Shown: positions 1-12,199 of the stretch, piece by piece
How the letters are laid out: every line of letters starts with the position of its first letter
Position numbering within the stretch: the first letter of the stretch is position 1
Assembly: GCF_902713615.1 (NCBI RefSeq)
Contig: NC_052148.1
Span: forward strand, 195,439,757 to 195,503,756
Direction: 5' to 3'
Length of the DNA stretch: 64,000 nt
From: Scyliorhinus canicula
Taxonomy: Eukaryota
Notes under the pieces: generated by a model
Seen by the model: only the letters and a program-made list of their open reading frames with translations
What the model was told of the DNA's origin: nothing
The model's database searches: none
Position numbers and translations under genes: made by a program

Positions 1-126
1 TATTTACACAAATATTCAGGTACAAACCCTTTCTGCTAAATTTCCAATTTTAAACGACTTCCGTTATTCTCCTCCTCAGCTTTCTGCAGCTCCCCTGCAG
101 GGTTACTATCAGCTTCACTGGAATAT

Positions 127-451
127 GGGCAGCAGGGTAGCATGGTGGTTAGCATAAATGCTTCACAGCTCCAGGGTCCCAGGTTCGATTCCCGGCTGGG
201 TCACTGTCTGTGTGGAGTCTGCACGTCCTCCCCGTGTGTGCATGGGTTTCCTCTGGGTGCTCCGGTTTCCTCCCACAGTCCAAAGATGTGCAGGTTAGGT
301 GGATTGGCCATGCTAAATTATCCTTAGTATCCTAAAAAATAAGGTTAGGGGGGGGGGGGGTTACTGGTTTAGGGTGGATGCGTTAGGGTGATCATTGCTT
401 GGCACAACATCGAGGGCCGAAGGGCCTGTTCTGTGCTGTACTGTTCTATGT
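127..451 (+). mobile_element. tRNA-derived V-SINE (HE1-like) with CR1-type 3' tail
   Basis: A-box-like TAGCATGGTGG, B box GGTTCGATTCC, V-domain core GGGTTTCCTC.GGGTGCTCCGGTTTCCTCCCACAGTCCAAAGATGTG, tail GAGGGCCGAAGGGCCTGTTCTGTGCTGTACTGTTCTATG; near-identical copies at 15.8 and 24.3 kb. Confidence 0.9.
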
Positions 452-778
452 CAATGCAAAGTATCTTTGAAATTTCTGGATCTAGACTGTGATGTACTCA
501 GGCTAAATTAGACTGAATTCACCAGGTATGGCAGTCAGCAGTTCTAGCTGAAAGTGAAGTGTCTACAGATCTCTGAGTACAGGTTTTATAGGTACAAAAT
601 GAATTAGAAAGTCTTTGGATTTTGCCATGCTGCTTCTGCCAGCCCTCCTCCAGGAGCAGGTAGTGCATTCTGAACAGGCACCTATCTTTTTGCTTCTTAA
701 GGTGACATATGAGGCTCAGAATCACCAGTATTGTGCTGTGCTAAAAACTGAGAAAACTAAAATATCTTAGGTCAAATG

Positions 779-1137
779 TGTAATGATATGTATAATGTAA
801 GGAGTGTAAAGCGTTAACAAGATGATGTTCATGCATCTCAACACTAGATGGCATCATTGAGTAGCCTTATAAAAGGCTGCGTCTCTAAGCATTCTGGGAG
901 AAGCTTATGGAGAAGGATAGTGAGAGGTTGAGATTGTGTTAGTTGTATTAGAAATACATTATAGATTACTTTAGCATAGATGTAATACTATTGTTTTATT
1001 AGCTATTCCTGAGTAGAGTGTGCAAACCATTTAAAGTAGTGTAAATAAACTAGCTTTGTTTCAAATACATAGCTTGATGTTCTTTGCCAACAATACGACT
1101 TTTAGCTATCTTGGAGAACTAAACAAGGTACATTACA
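779..1137 (+). mobile_element. Solo LTR (probably Gypsy/BEL class)
   Basis: Starts TGTAATG, ends CATTACA (perfect 7-bp inverted ends); 5-bp TSD AAATG at 774-778 and 1138-1142; TATAAAA at 868-874; AATAAA near 1044. Confidence 0.85.
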
Positions 1138-1191
1138 AAATGGTCCATGGCAGTTTGGCGCCAGCTCCAGTTTCCACCAGCTTAGAACTAT

Positions 1192-3101
1192 GAGTAAGAT
1201 AGAGTATGAGAGTAAACTTGCTCAGAATATAAAAACAGACAGTAAAAGTTTTTACAAATATATAAGACAAAAAAGAGTGGCTAAGGTAAATATATTGGTC
1301 CTTTAGAGGATGAGAAGGGAGTTTTAATAATGGGAAATGAGGAAATGGCTGAGGAACTGAACAGGTTTTTTGGGTCGGTCTTCACAGTGGAAGACACAAA
1401 TAACATGCCAGCGACTGATAGGAATGAGGCTATGACAGGTGAGGACCTTGAGAGGATTGTTATCACTAAGGAGGGAGTGATGGGCAAGCTAATGGGGCTA
1501 AAGGTAGACAAGTCTCCTGGCCCTGATGGAATGCATCCCAGAGTGCTAAAAGAGATGGCTAGGGAAATTGCAGATGCACTAGTGATAATTTACCGAAATT
1601 CACTAGACTCTGGGGTGGTCCCGGTGGATTGGAAATTAGCAAACGTGACGCCACTGTTTAAAAAAGGAGGTAGGCAGAAAGCAGGAAATTATAGGCCAGT
1701 GAGTTTAACTTCGGTAATAGGGAAGATGCTGGAATCTATCATCAAGGAAGAAATTGCGAGGCATCTGGATAGAAATTGTCCCATTGGGCAGACGCAGCAT
1801 GGGTTCGTTAAAGGCAGGTCATGCCTAACTAATTTAGTGGAATTTTTTGAGGACATTACCAGTGCAGTAGATAACGGGGAGCCGATGGATGTGGTATATC
1901 TGGATTTCCAGAAAGCCTTTGACAAGGTGCCACACAAAAGGTTGCTGCATAAGATAAAGATGCATGGCATTAAGGGTAAAGTAGTAGCATGGATAGAGGA
2001 TTGGTTAATTAATAGAAAGCAAAGAGTTGGGATAAATGGGTGTTTCTCTGGTTGGCAATTAGTAGCTAGTGGTGTCCCTCAGGGATCCGTGTTGGGCCCA
2101 CAATTGTTCACAATTTACATTGATGATTTGGAGTTGGGGACCAAGGGCAATGTGTCCAAGTTTGCAGATGACACTAAGATGAGTGGTAAAGCGAAAAGTG
2201 CAGACGATACTGGAATTCTGCAGAGGGATTTGGATAGGTTAAGTGAATGGGCTCGGGTCTGGCAGATGGAATACAATTTTGACAAATGTGAGGTTATCCA
2301 TTTTGGTAGGAATAACAGCAAACGGGATTATTATTTAAACGATAAAATATTAAAGCATGCCGCTGTTCAGAGAGACTTGGGTGTGCTAGTGCATGAGTCA
2401 CAGAAGGTTGGTTTACAAGTGCAACAGGTGATTAAGAAGGCAAATGGAATTTTGTCCTTCATTGCTAGAGGGATGGAGTTTAAGACTAGGGAGGTTATGT
2501 TGCAATTGTATAAGGTGTTAGTGCGGCCACACCTGGAGTATTGTGTTCAGTTTTGGTCTCCTTACTTGAGAAAGGACGTACTGGCACTGGAGGGTGTGCA
2601 GAGGAGATTCACTAGGTTAATCCCAGAGCTGAAGGGGTTGGATTATGAGGAGAGGTTGAGTAGACTGGGACTGTACTCGTTATAATTTAGAAGGATGAGG
2701 GGGGATCTTATAGAAACATTTAAAATTATGAAGGGAATAGATAGGATAGATGCGGGCAGGTTGTTTCCACTGGCGGGTGACAGCAGAACTGGGGGCATAG
2801 CCTCAAAATAAGGGGAAGTAGATTTAGAACTGAGTTTAGGAGGAACTTCTTCACCCAAAGGGTTGTGAATCTATGGAATTCCTTGCCCAGTGAAGCAGTT
2901 GAGGCTCCTTCATTACATGTTTTTAAGGTAAAGATAGATAGCTTTTTGAAGAATAAAGGGATTAAGGGTTATGGTGTTCGGGCCGGAAAGTGGAGCTGAG
3001 TCCACAAAAGATCAGCCATGATCTAATTGAATGGCGGAGCAGGCTCGAGGGGCCAGATGGCCTACTCCTGCTCCTAGTTCTTATGTTCTTATGTTCTTAT
3101 G
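1192..3101 (+). mobile_element. 5'-truncated CR1-clade LINE
   Basis: Contains the RT ORF, a CR1-type 3' UTR (GGAGCAGGCTCGAGGGGCCAGATGGCCTACTCCTGCTCCT) and a terminal (TTCTTATG)n microsatellite tail. Confidence 0.95.
1330..2685 (+). pseudogene. CR1 ORF2 reverse transcriptase fragment (451-aa open segment)
   Basis: Motifs KSPGPDG, NYRPVSLTS, QHGF, YLDFQKAFDKVPH, GVPQGSVLGP, FADD, RPHLEYCVQFWSP; premature TAA before FRRMRGDLIE; endonuclease lost by 5' truncation. Confidence 0.93.
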
Positions 3102-3125
3102 AATGGCTGGAGACCTAGCACTGCC

Positions 3126-3482
3126 TGTAGTGATCCTTACTTGAGTGTGTACAGAAGGGGCTGATGGGTAATGGAAAGACCACCAGGGGGCAGCATGGGC
3201 ATGTATAAAAGCCAATGACCCTCCCCCTCACTTTGGCTGATGTGACTGTGAGGGGAAGAGGAACGGAAATTTAGCTCAGGGCTGCTAGTGTGGTCAGGCC
3301 TAGTTGCAGAGCATAGAAAAGTTGTAACCTCATTTACAAGTGCAGTTCTTTAAGTAAGAACTCACGCAGTTATTTAAGTTGTGTTGCTCAATAAACCTAC
3401 CATCAAACTTCTGGACGACTTCTGGCCTTTTTTCCAGAGCGTCTACTGTAACTGAGTTACCATCTCTACAGGTAACAAAACA
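3126..3482 (+). mobile_element. Solo LTR
   Basis: TGTAGTG...AAAACA; 5-bp TSD CTGCC at 3121-3125 and 3483-3487; TATAAAA at 3204-3210; AATAAA near 3390. Confidence 0.85.
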
Positions 3483-3779
3483 CTGCCCACTGTCCAGTAT
3501 CACACAGCTATGATTCCTGATTGATTTGGTCCTCATCGTCTTCTTCATCATCATCTTCCTCCCCCATGCCACTGTTGTTTCAATGGACTTGAGTAGAAGA
3601 TAAGAATGGGTGAATATTGCTTCCTTGGGAGTAAGCAAACAGGGATGCCATGGCAGTGCAGGCAAGGTGCACTGACCTCAATAAACTTGGCTTAATATCT
3701 CTTGAAACTTCACAGATATCAGGAGTAACATTATTGGTCTCAGCTTGCTTTTTGATATTAACAAAGTTGGCAGCACCAA

Positions 3780-4150
3780 TCTCTGTCTCTCCCACCATTA
3801 GGGTCCACCTTTTTCTCGCTCCATCCGTGTGCCTGTGTCTTGCCCTCTCTGTTTCTCCCCCTCTCTGTGTCTCTTCCTCTCTGTGTATTTCCCTCTCTAT
3901 CTCTCTCTCTCTGTCTCCCTCTCTGTGTCTCTCCTCCTGTGTCGCTCCATCTGTTTCTCTCCCTCTGTGTCTCTCTCCCCTCTGAGTCTCTCCCCCATCC
4001 CTCTGTATCTCTCATGTGTCTCCCATGTGTCTCTTCCCCGTGTCTCTCCTTCCCTCTGTCTCCCTCTAGGTCTTCCCCTCTCTGTGATTCTCCTTCCCTC
4101 TGTCTCCCTCTGGGTCTTCCCCTCTCTGTGATTCCCCTTCCCTCTGTTTC
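3780..4150. repeat. CT-rich low-complexity / degenerate microsatellite tract
   Basis: Almost purely pyrimidine CTCT/CTGT runs with a short internal duplication (GGTCTTCCCCTCTCT..GTGATTC). Confidence 0.85.
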
Positions 4151-4197
4151 ATGTTTAAAGGTGATAACTCTCTCAGCTGCTCATGTGCCTATTAACT

Positions 4198-4331
4198 AAG
4201 AAGTGCCAGGCAATTGCCATCTCCAACAAGAGATAATCTAACCATCGCCCCTTGAGATTCAATGGCATTACCATCACTGAATCCCCAACTATTAACATCC
4301 TAGGGGTTACCATTAATCAGAAACTGAACTG
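4198..4331 (+). mobile_element. Short LINE (CR1/L2 group) ORF2 C-terminal fragment
   Basis: Translates to KCQAIAISNK...FNGITITESPTINILGVTINQKLN, the post-RT KC...LGV region. Confidence 0.6.
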
Positions 4332-4548
4332 TCTTGGATAGCACAGAATGAAAGGCAGATTTACAGTTTGTGGGGTCCAGGCCTCACCTTCATTCCTGGT
4401 GCCTCCCCCAGCCTCACGCTATTCCCCACCCCACCCACTCTCATCCCACTGAACGTAAAGGCGGAATCCACAAATATAGACAAACTGCTTTTTAACTTGT
4501 AAAAAACACGCCTGTACAAATAATTGCTGAATTGAAATCCAATCTTAC

Positions 4549-4650
4549 CGCTTTTCAGAATGACAGTGGAGATGGTCAATGTTGCGATGTGTGTGTATTG
4601 AGGTGAGCAACGAGATGGAAAAATCAGCCGATGATATCACGGCAGCACAG
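4549..4650 (-). other. Candidate non-coding first exon ending in a splice donor
   Basis: Minus strand reads ...TCTGAAAAGCG|GTAAGATT at 4549/4548; unique sequence with several CpGs; CCAAT/E-box cluster on the far side of the adjacent array. Confidence 0.3.
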
Positions 4651-6566
4651 GCCAGTGCAGGACAGAACGGGCCAGTGCAGGACAGAACGGGCCAGTGCAG
4701 GATAGAACGGGCCAGTGCAGGACAGAACGGGCCAGTCCAGTGTAGGACAGCATGAGCCAGTCCAGTGTAGGACAGCATGAGCCAGTCCAGTGTAGGACAG
4801 CATGAGCCAGTCCAGTGTAGAACAGAATGAGCCAGTCCAGTGTAGGACAGAACGGGCCAGTGCAGGACAGAACGGGCCAGTGTAGGACAGAACGGGCCAG
4901 TGTAGGACAGAACGGGCCAGTCCAGTGTAGGACAGCATGAGCCAGTCCAGTGCAGGACAGAATGAGCCAGTCCAGTGTAGGACAGAACGAGCCAGTCCAG
5001 TGTAGGACAGAACGGGCCAGTCCAGTGTAGGACAGAACGGGCCAGTCCAGTGCAGGACAGAACGGGCCAGTGCAGGACAGAACGGGCCAGTGCAGGACAG
5101 AACGGGCCAGTGTAGGACAGAACGGGCCAGTGCAGGACAGAACAGGCCAGTGCAGGACAGAATGAGCCAGTCCAGTGTAGGACAGAACAGGCCAGTCCAG
5201 TGCAGGACAGAACGGGCCAGTCCAGTGTAGGACAGAACGGGCCAGTCCAGTGCAGGACAGAACGGGCCAGTCCAGTGTAGGACAGAACAGGCCAGTCCAG
5301 TGCAGGACAGAACGGGCCAGTGCAGGACAGAACGAGCCAGTGCAGGACAGAACGGGCCAGTGTAGGACAGAACGGGCCAGTGCAGGACAGAACGGGCCAG
5401 TGCAGCACAGAACGGGCCAGTGCAGGACAGAACGGGCCAGTCCAGTGCAGGACAGAACGGGCCAGTGCAGGACAGAATGGGCCAGTCCAGTGTAGGACAG
5501 AACGGGCCAGTCCAGTGCAGGACAGAACGGGCCAGTCCAGTGCAGGACAGAACGGGCCAGTGCAGGACAGAATGGGCCAGTCCAGTGCAGGACAGAACAG
5601 GCCAGTCCAGTGTAGGACAGAACGGGCCAGTCCAGTGTAGGACAGAACGGGCCAGTGCAGGACAGAATGGGCCAGTGTAGGACAGAACGGGCCAGTCCAG
5701 TGCAGGACAGAACGGGCCAGTGTAGGACAGAACGGGCCAGTGCAGGACAGAACGGGCCAGTGCAGGACAGAATGGGCCAGTCCAGTGTAGGACAGAACGG
5801 GCCAGTCCAGTGTAGAACAGAATGAGCCAGTCCAGTGCAGGACAGAACGGGCCAGTCCAGTGCAGGACGGAACGGGCCAGTGCAGGACAGAACGGGCCAG
5901 TGCAGGACAGAACAGGCCAGTGTAGGACAGAACGGGCCAGTGCAGGACAGAACGGGCCAGTGCAGGACAGAACGGGCCAGTGCAGGACAGAACGGGCCAG
6001 TCCAGTGCAGGACAGAACGGGCCAGTGCAGGACAGAATGGGCCAGTCCAGTGTAGGACAGAACGGGCCAGTCCAGTGCAGGACAGCATGAGCCAGTCCAG
6101 TGTAGGACAGAACAGGCCAGTGCAGGACAGAACGGGCCAGTGCAGGACAGAATGAGCCAGTCCAGTGCAGGACAGAACGGGCCAGTGCAGTGCAGGACAG
6201 AACGGGCCAGTCCAGTGTAGGACAGAACGGGCCAGTCCAGTGCAGGACAGAACGGGCCAGTGCAGGACAGAATGGGCCAGTCCAGTGTAGGACAGAACGG
6301 GCCAGTCCAGTGCAGGACAGCATGAGCCAGTCCAGTGTAGGACAGAACAGGCCAGTGCAGGACAGAACGGGCCAGTGCAGGACAGAATGAGCCAGTCCAG
6401 TGCAGGACAGAACGGGCCAGTGCAGGACAGAACGGGCCAGTGCAGGACAGAACGGGCCAGTGCAGGACAGAATGAGCCAGTCCAGTGCAGGACAGAACGG
6501 GCCAGTGCAGTGCAGGACAGAACGGGCCAGTCCAGTGTAGGACAGAACGGGCCAGTCCAGTGCAGG
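4647..6566. repeat. Minisatellite with interspersed 20-bp and 25-bp units
   Basis: Unit GGCCAGTG(C/T)AGGACAGAACG with an optional extra TCCAG; variants CATGAG, AATGAG, AACAGG. Confidence 0.97.
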
Positions 6567-6567
6567 A

Positions 6568-6790
6568 GTTCCAATCAACAAACTGCGTGTGCTGTCACTC
6601 AGTATATTTCAGAATCTCATTCAGTTTCAAAAATAAAAGTTAACTTCCTTACTTACTCTCACAAAATCAAAGAATTAATTCCGGTAAATTCACGTGAGTG
6701 GAGTCAAGGGAGTCCAATCCAATATCAGTGGTTTTGTCTGAGAGTATTCCGTTCTTACTCCGAGAGACTTTCTGAGGCCAATCACGAAAC
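6568..6790. promoter_or_regulatory. Promoter-like motif cluster (several CCAAT boxes and a palindromic E-box)
   Basis: CCAATC at about 6571, CCAATCCAAT at about 6714, GGCCAATCAC at about 6776, TCACGTGA at about 6690. Confidence 0.35.
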
Positions 6791-6794
6791 TAAT

Positions 6795-7358
6795 GGGCCA
6801 GGATTCTCCGAAATCCCGGCCAAGTGTTGATGCCAGCATCAAAACCGGTGCGAACGACAATGGCATCAACGGGCCTCCAGGCTCACTCTCCTCTTCTTCA
6901 GGGGCTAGAATGGCGCCAGAGTACTGTGCGCTGCTCCGGCAGCAAAAGCCGGCCCTACACTGCCGGCGCGGGTCGGCGCATGCGCGCCATGGCCGTCTCC
7001 GCGCCAGCCCCCGGGCAACATGGTGGAGCCGTACAGGGGCCTGGCACGGAGGAACATAGGCTCCCCCCCAGAATGAGTGCGCCCGCCGATCGGTGGCCCC
7101 CGATCGCGAGCCTGGCCGTCCTGGAGACCCCCATGCCCCAGTGACAGATGCCCCCTGCCCCTCCCCCACACCAGGGCAGCCGCGGATTGGGTCCGCAGAT
7201 GGCCCTCCGAGCTCCCGCGGGTGGAACATTGAGTGAACCACGCCAGTGGGAACTCAGCCAGTTGGCGGTGGAGAATTACCGTGGGGGCCTATTTCAATGG
7301 CCCCCGACTGGCGCTGCGTCGACCGTGCTCACGCAACTGGCGCCAATTCTCCGGTCCT
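6795..7358. mobile_element. GC-rich non-autonomous Harbinger-type MITE (right end truncated)
   Basis: Begins GGGCCAGGATTCTCCG, resembling the terminal inverted repeat (TIR) of the Harbinger copies; internal similarity to the 46.1-46.8 kb copy. Confidence 0.7.
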
Positions 7359-7360
7359 CT

Positions 7361-7682
7361 CGAGTCTGCACGTTCTCCCCGTGTCTAAGTGGGTTTCCTC
7401 CGGTTGCTCCGGTTTCCACCCACATGTCACGAAAGACGTGCTTGTTAGGTGAATTGGACATTCTGGATTCTCACTCATGTACCCAAACAGGCGCCGTATT
7501 GTGGCGACTAGGGCATTTTCACAGTAACTTCATTGCTTACGTAGGGTGCTCTTTCCAAGGGCCGGTGCAGACTCGATGGGCCGAATGACCTCCTTCTGCA
7601 CTGTAAATTCTATTCAATGATTCTATGATTGCAGTGTTAATGCAAGCCTACTTGTGACACTAATAAAAATTATTATTATTTA
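7361..7682 (+). mobile_element. 5'-truncated V-SINE (ATT-tail subfamily) with a nested SINE/LINE 3' tail at about 7537-7627
   Basis: V-domain, then AACAGGCGCC...CACAGTAACTTCATTGC [insert ending TTCTATG] ATTGCAGTGTTAATG; ATTGC is duplicated around the insert; (ATT)n end. Confidence 0.8.
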
Positions 7683-7935
7683 ATGTTTCACAGTCCTCCA
7701 CTCTGATGTCTCCACCTATGTCGTCCTTTTCCATTGTAGAAGTAGTAATTTCATTGAGGACTGTAACCACATCTTCCGGGTCCAAGTTATTCAACCCAGT
7801 ATAACCCAACAGCTTGTTTACTGCAATGATACTTTTGATACATAATTAATGGCAGGCAGCTTGAAACACTTTGTAATTCTTGCTTTTCAAAAGAGATATA
7901 ACTGCAGAACTTTTGGGATAGACACCACAGGATAT

Positions 7936-8040
7936 ATATTTTTTTTCAAATTTAGAGAACCCAATTATTTTTTTCCAATTTAGGGGCAATTTAGCGTGGT
8001 CAATCCACCTACATGGCACATCTTTTGGGTTGTGGGGGTG
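7936..8040 (-). mobile_element. Partial V-SINE (short A-tail subfamily)
   Basis: Reverse complement matches the 3' part of the copy at 18930-19160. Confidence 0.7.
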
Positions 8041-9121
8041 ACCACAGGGTATTAACGGCACTACAGATCGTGACAAAAATGGTCAATTTATTTGATTTTG
8101 CCCTTGTTTGATTGGGCCGTTTGTAAAAGTATTTTATTAGTGGTTCCCTCCTCAGATTGAAAAGAAACTCATGGTGCTTATTCCTGGGGCCATTGGGTTA
8201 ACCAATGCCACATTTATTTGGGTCAATTAAAATAATCTTGACCTATTTGGCTGAAGTGCCTGTGGGCCACAGAACAATACAACTCCACCTTGTTGATGTA
8301 TGTTGACATGATGGAAAAAGTCCATGAGGCCGAATTTCCTGTTCCCGCAGCTGAGCACATTGGATCAGCCGGTTGCAATATTTTGGGGGAGGGGAGATGC
8401 ATATATTCAGAAGCAACTTACAAAATGTTCCACCCACTTAAATCAGTCAATGGGAAATTGGCAAGCTCCCTTACCAACCTCTAACGCCACCACCTGTGCC
8501 AATTCCCCCTCAAATCCTGCATACAGATGGTGAGTCATGAGCGAGTGAGATTTGAGGACAAGGGAATTTTAGAAAAAGGATAAAGCAGTTTGGACGAACA
8601 AGTTTGCCTTTCCTTGGCAGGTCTCAATGTCCTGGATTCTCACCATTCTCCTCTCAGCCTTTCAAGCCCTTCTTTCTCTGAGAATAACCTAGTCATTTTT
8701 CAATCAACTGATTCTAATGCAGTCCTTGGCAGCCTAATCCAAATGGCAATTTATTTTTCAGGAAACTGCCAAAATTACAATTTATTCCCAATTTGCTCAT
8801 TTTGCCTTTGGTATTTTTCTGTTTTATGCACACCCGTATTCTCCCACGATCACTCGCAACTGTGGCTGATGTTTTTCTCGTCTGCTTTCATGTCACGAAT
8901 TGGGCCTCGAGTGGACCATCGCCAAGACTCATCTTGAAAATGAAATGGTGAGAAAAATGAACCGTCATCTGAACAATGCCATGTTTCCCATTCTTCTGGT
9001 GGAATTTGACCCCAGGGTAGGTTTCTTGCAAGGCGGAAGTTCAGAATCTAGTTTGCAAGTCACCTGGTGGTAGGTTCGTGGCTGATCCAGGTTTCCAGGT
9101 GACATGTATTCTATTTGCATT

Positions 9122-9312
9122 ATTAATAATAATAATAATAATAATAATCACTTATTGTCACGAGTAGGCTTCAATGAAGTTACTGTGAAAAGCCCCTAGT
9201 CGCCACATTCCTGCACCAGTTCAGGAAGGCTGGTACGGGAATTGAACCCGGGCTGCTGGCATTGTTCTGCATTACAGGCCGGCTATTTAGCCCACTGTGC
9301 TAAACCAGCCCC
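9122..9312 (-). mobile_element. Short tRNA-derived SINE lacking the V-domain
   Basis: Reverse complement starts GGGGCTGGTTTAGCACAGTGGGCTAAA, has B box GGTTCAATTCCC and an (ATT)n tail; copies at 20185-20361 and 28430-28600. Confidence 0.8.
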
Positions 9313-9413
9313 ATCTCATGAATTCTAATTATCTAATTACCATCTCATGAATGCCCATTAAATATAGTTGTCATCAAATTTCCAGTCTTTAGTCACATTG
9401 ATGGGAAATCAAA

Positions 9414-10540
9414 GGCTGGATTCTCTGCCACATCAGGAACTCCACTAATGGTGGCAGGTGACAGAGGTTTCAGCGTCGAGCATTAAACTGGATCAGCACC
9501 AGGAGCCGATCCTGTTCCAATGCGCCAGCTCCCCACAGGCGTCGGGGTTGAGGCTTGCCCCCCCACATCAGCGGGAGAATGCAAATGGGTCATCAACACC
9601 AATTTGCATTCTATTAATGGTGCCGGCACCATATTATCCGGGCCCTTCTGATTCTCCGGTTCTCTGGGCCGGGAATCATGTGGCCGAGAATTGGTGCAGG
9701 TCGTGACAAGCGTGGTTCTGACGTGGTGGGCCATGCGGTGGACCACGTGGTGGGTCATGCGGTGGACCATGTGGTGGTCCACACGGTGGGCCACGCGGTG
9801 GGCCAAGGGGATAACTCTTCACAGGTGATGCCCCTAAAGTTCAACGGAGAGCCCCCAAAGTTCATTGAGGGCCACACTCCCCCTGATAATGCAAAACCCG
9901 CCTGTCCCACCCCCACCACACCCCCCACACCCCCCCCTCCCCCACCAGAGACCCCTGCAGAAGAGAGACCCCTGTCTGGAAGCCTCCAGAAAAGAGACCC
10001 CTGTCTGGGAGGTAAACGGCTGGTTCATGCACAGGAAGCAGCACCTGTCAATTCCTGAAAAGAAAAAACAGTCAGCTGGGTTTAAACCCTCTCGGATGTT
10101 TGATCTGAAAGCCATTCATTTATTTCTCTGTGAGATTGATAGTTTCCACACACATCCAGCTGTCAGCATTCTTTCATCTCCCTTCAGACTTGAGCGGCTT
10201 TGAAGTAGTCAGCTGTGAAACAAACAGAAAGCACTTAACTCTCTTAGCTGTGGTCCAGAAGCTGTCAATCACAGTATGATGTTTATAAACATTGCAGTTA
10301 GTTTTACAGCTGATTACTTCGGAAAATCTCAGGGGGAAGGGGGCAGCCTTACAGTGTAATTGGGCTGCCCACTCAAAATGGCAACTGGATAGCAGGATTC
10401 CCTGGAGAATCTCCCGCAATCTTTGCCATGCTGAAATTTGGAGCCCCATCAGGAAAATTGAAGCACAGACACCAAGGAAATGGATGGGATAGCACATATA
10501 TGATTCGGAGTGGATGCACGCAGACCTCAGAACAGAAAGA
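9414..10540. mobile_element. Degenerate Harbinger-type non-autonomous fragments, including a 12-bp tandem repeat at about 9720-9805
   Basis: Starts GGCTGGATTCTCTG (TIR-like); GC-rich subterminal-like sequence; repeat G(T/C)GGTGG(G/A)CCA(C/T). Confidence 0.45.
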
Positions 10541-10569
10541 GGGGTTGTGTTGGTGTGGTACAGGAACTA

Positions 10570-11172
10570 TGGGTGGGACTCTCCATTGCCTGACGCTGAT
10601 ATCGTAATCGGCTATCAGGCAGAGAATCCCTGTTTATGACTGAATTGGGGACGGCCCTTTTTTCGGATGTTCCGCACGCTCCAAAATGGTATCATCGAGG
10701 AGTATGCCGCAAACCATTGGACGGCCTCAGAACGTTCCCTGAAGGCCCTCTCCCGATGCTCCGCCCCAGATGGGGCGAGTTCCTGACCACCCGGATGACA
10801 TGTGCTCTCAGTTTTCAGGAACCCGGCGTGGGAGCGAGCTGTGCTGCTGGCCTGGGGGAGGGCTTTGCCGAGGGCTGGCAGGACTGGTGGGGGGTGTCCA
10901 GGGGGTGGCCAGAGGGGCACTATCTGGCAGGTTGGGTCCACCACGGTCAGCGTCATGTTGTACAGCGTGACCAGTGCAGGTCGCCGACGTGTGCATGCGC
11001 GGCCACGGACCCGGCAATTCTCCGGCCGTTTATTTTGTGGAGGCCGGGAGTTTTACATGGCGCAGCTGCTAGCCACTCACCGGCCAGAGCATCGGTGCAG
11101 GGCGGCACCAACTTTTGTCATAAAACCAGACACACCCTCCGGCCAAAGCCTGGAAATTGGAGAATCCAGCCC
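10570..11172. mobile_element. Harbinger-type MITE with both TIRs
   Basis: GGGTGGGACTCTCC ... GGAGAATCCAGCCC; the interior is the reverse complement of the element at about 21420-21880. Confidence 0.75.
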
Positions 11173-12199
11173 AGTGTCACACGGAGACTGATTGGGGGTG
11201 ATTTTCCAGCCGTGTTGTGCCCCATGCAAATCCCGCTCTGTGTGGGGGAATTGCAGGGGAGCCCTAAAATCGGGATTCACGGGTACCAAACAGTGCACAA
11301 TGTTCCTGGGCTATTCCAGCAGATGTAATCTGTTCTAATTTAGGTATTCAGAATCGGCTTTGATCTGAATTCTACTGGCTCCAGGAATTCTCCCATGTGC
11401 CAGCGCAATTCGAATCACTGCTGGTCTCCACAAACGTAGACCAGCGCTGGATTCTCCATTTCTGGTTTATGAGGTTATTTCTGTTCTCGGGTTTCCTAAT
11501 TGGGCGTAGAATGGAGCATTGGTGGGAAACGGGATCGGCACTAAACCCGTTGCAATGCTCAGATCCCCCACTAGTGGCAGCAGCGAGCTATGTGCCCATG
11601 CCAGTGGCACTATACAAAACTGCGATTTGCATGTATTGAAATATGATAAACGTGCTGGAAGCTCGATTCCCCCCCCCCCCCCCCCCCCCCCCACCCCCAA
11701 CGCCTAGTTATGCTTCACCCCTCTCAGCCAGGAATCATACAAGCGTGATTTGGTGCAAGTTGTAAAAGTGGGGCCCAGGCGCTATTACCTTTGAGGGGGA
11801 AAGAGGAGGTAAGTAAATTTTAGAAGCTTTTTGGACTTGCTGGGGGTACATGCCTGGACCAAAGGGAGTAGCGGGAAACAGCTTGGTAGCAAGTCTGTGG
11901 GTTCAGGGTACCCCCTTGGGTTCGGGGTGCCCTGTCTGCAGCTCCAATTGCTGCATAAATTTGTTTGAACCTCCCCCTAGCTGCAACTTACAGGCTCCTG
12001 GCTGTCGAGACTGCTGACTGCTCACAGCAACCTGCAAATGCTCTGAGGGCTTTTGGTCATGTGGCAACCCACCCAGCCTTCCCAAATGGACACCCTATTA
12101 CACCAGGCATATCGTCAAGGGGATGAGCGTGGCCATGCTCAATCACCGGCCCACCTGGTGTTGGCACTTCTCAGTGCACTTCCTCAGCAGTGCAGTTCC

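Noticed and set aside
127-200. True tRNA genes
   Set aside because: A/B boxes belong to SINE heads; no complete cloverleaf was identifiable
142-327. Recurrent short ORFs such as MVVSINASQLQGPRFDSRLG... and ...RKPEHPEETHADTG...
   Set aside because: Translations of V-SINE sequence, not genes
4545-6581. 678-aa and 645-aa minus-strand ORFs
   Set aside because: The repeat unit has no stop triplet on the minus strand, so all frames stay open; the protein is periodic and has no recognisable domain
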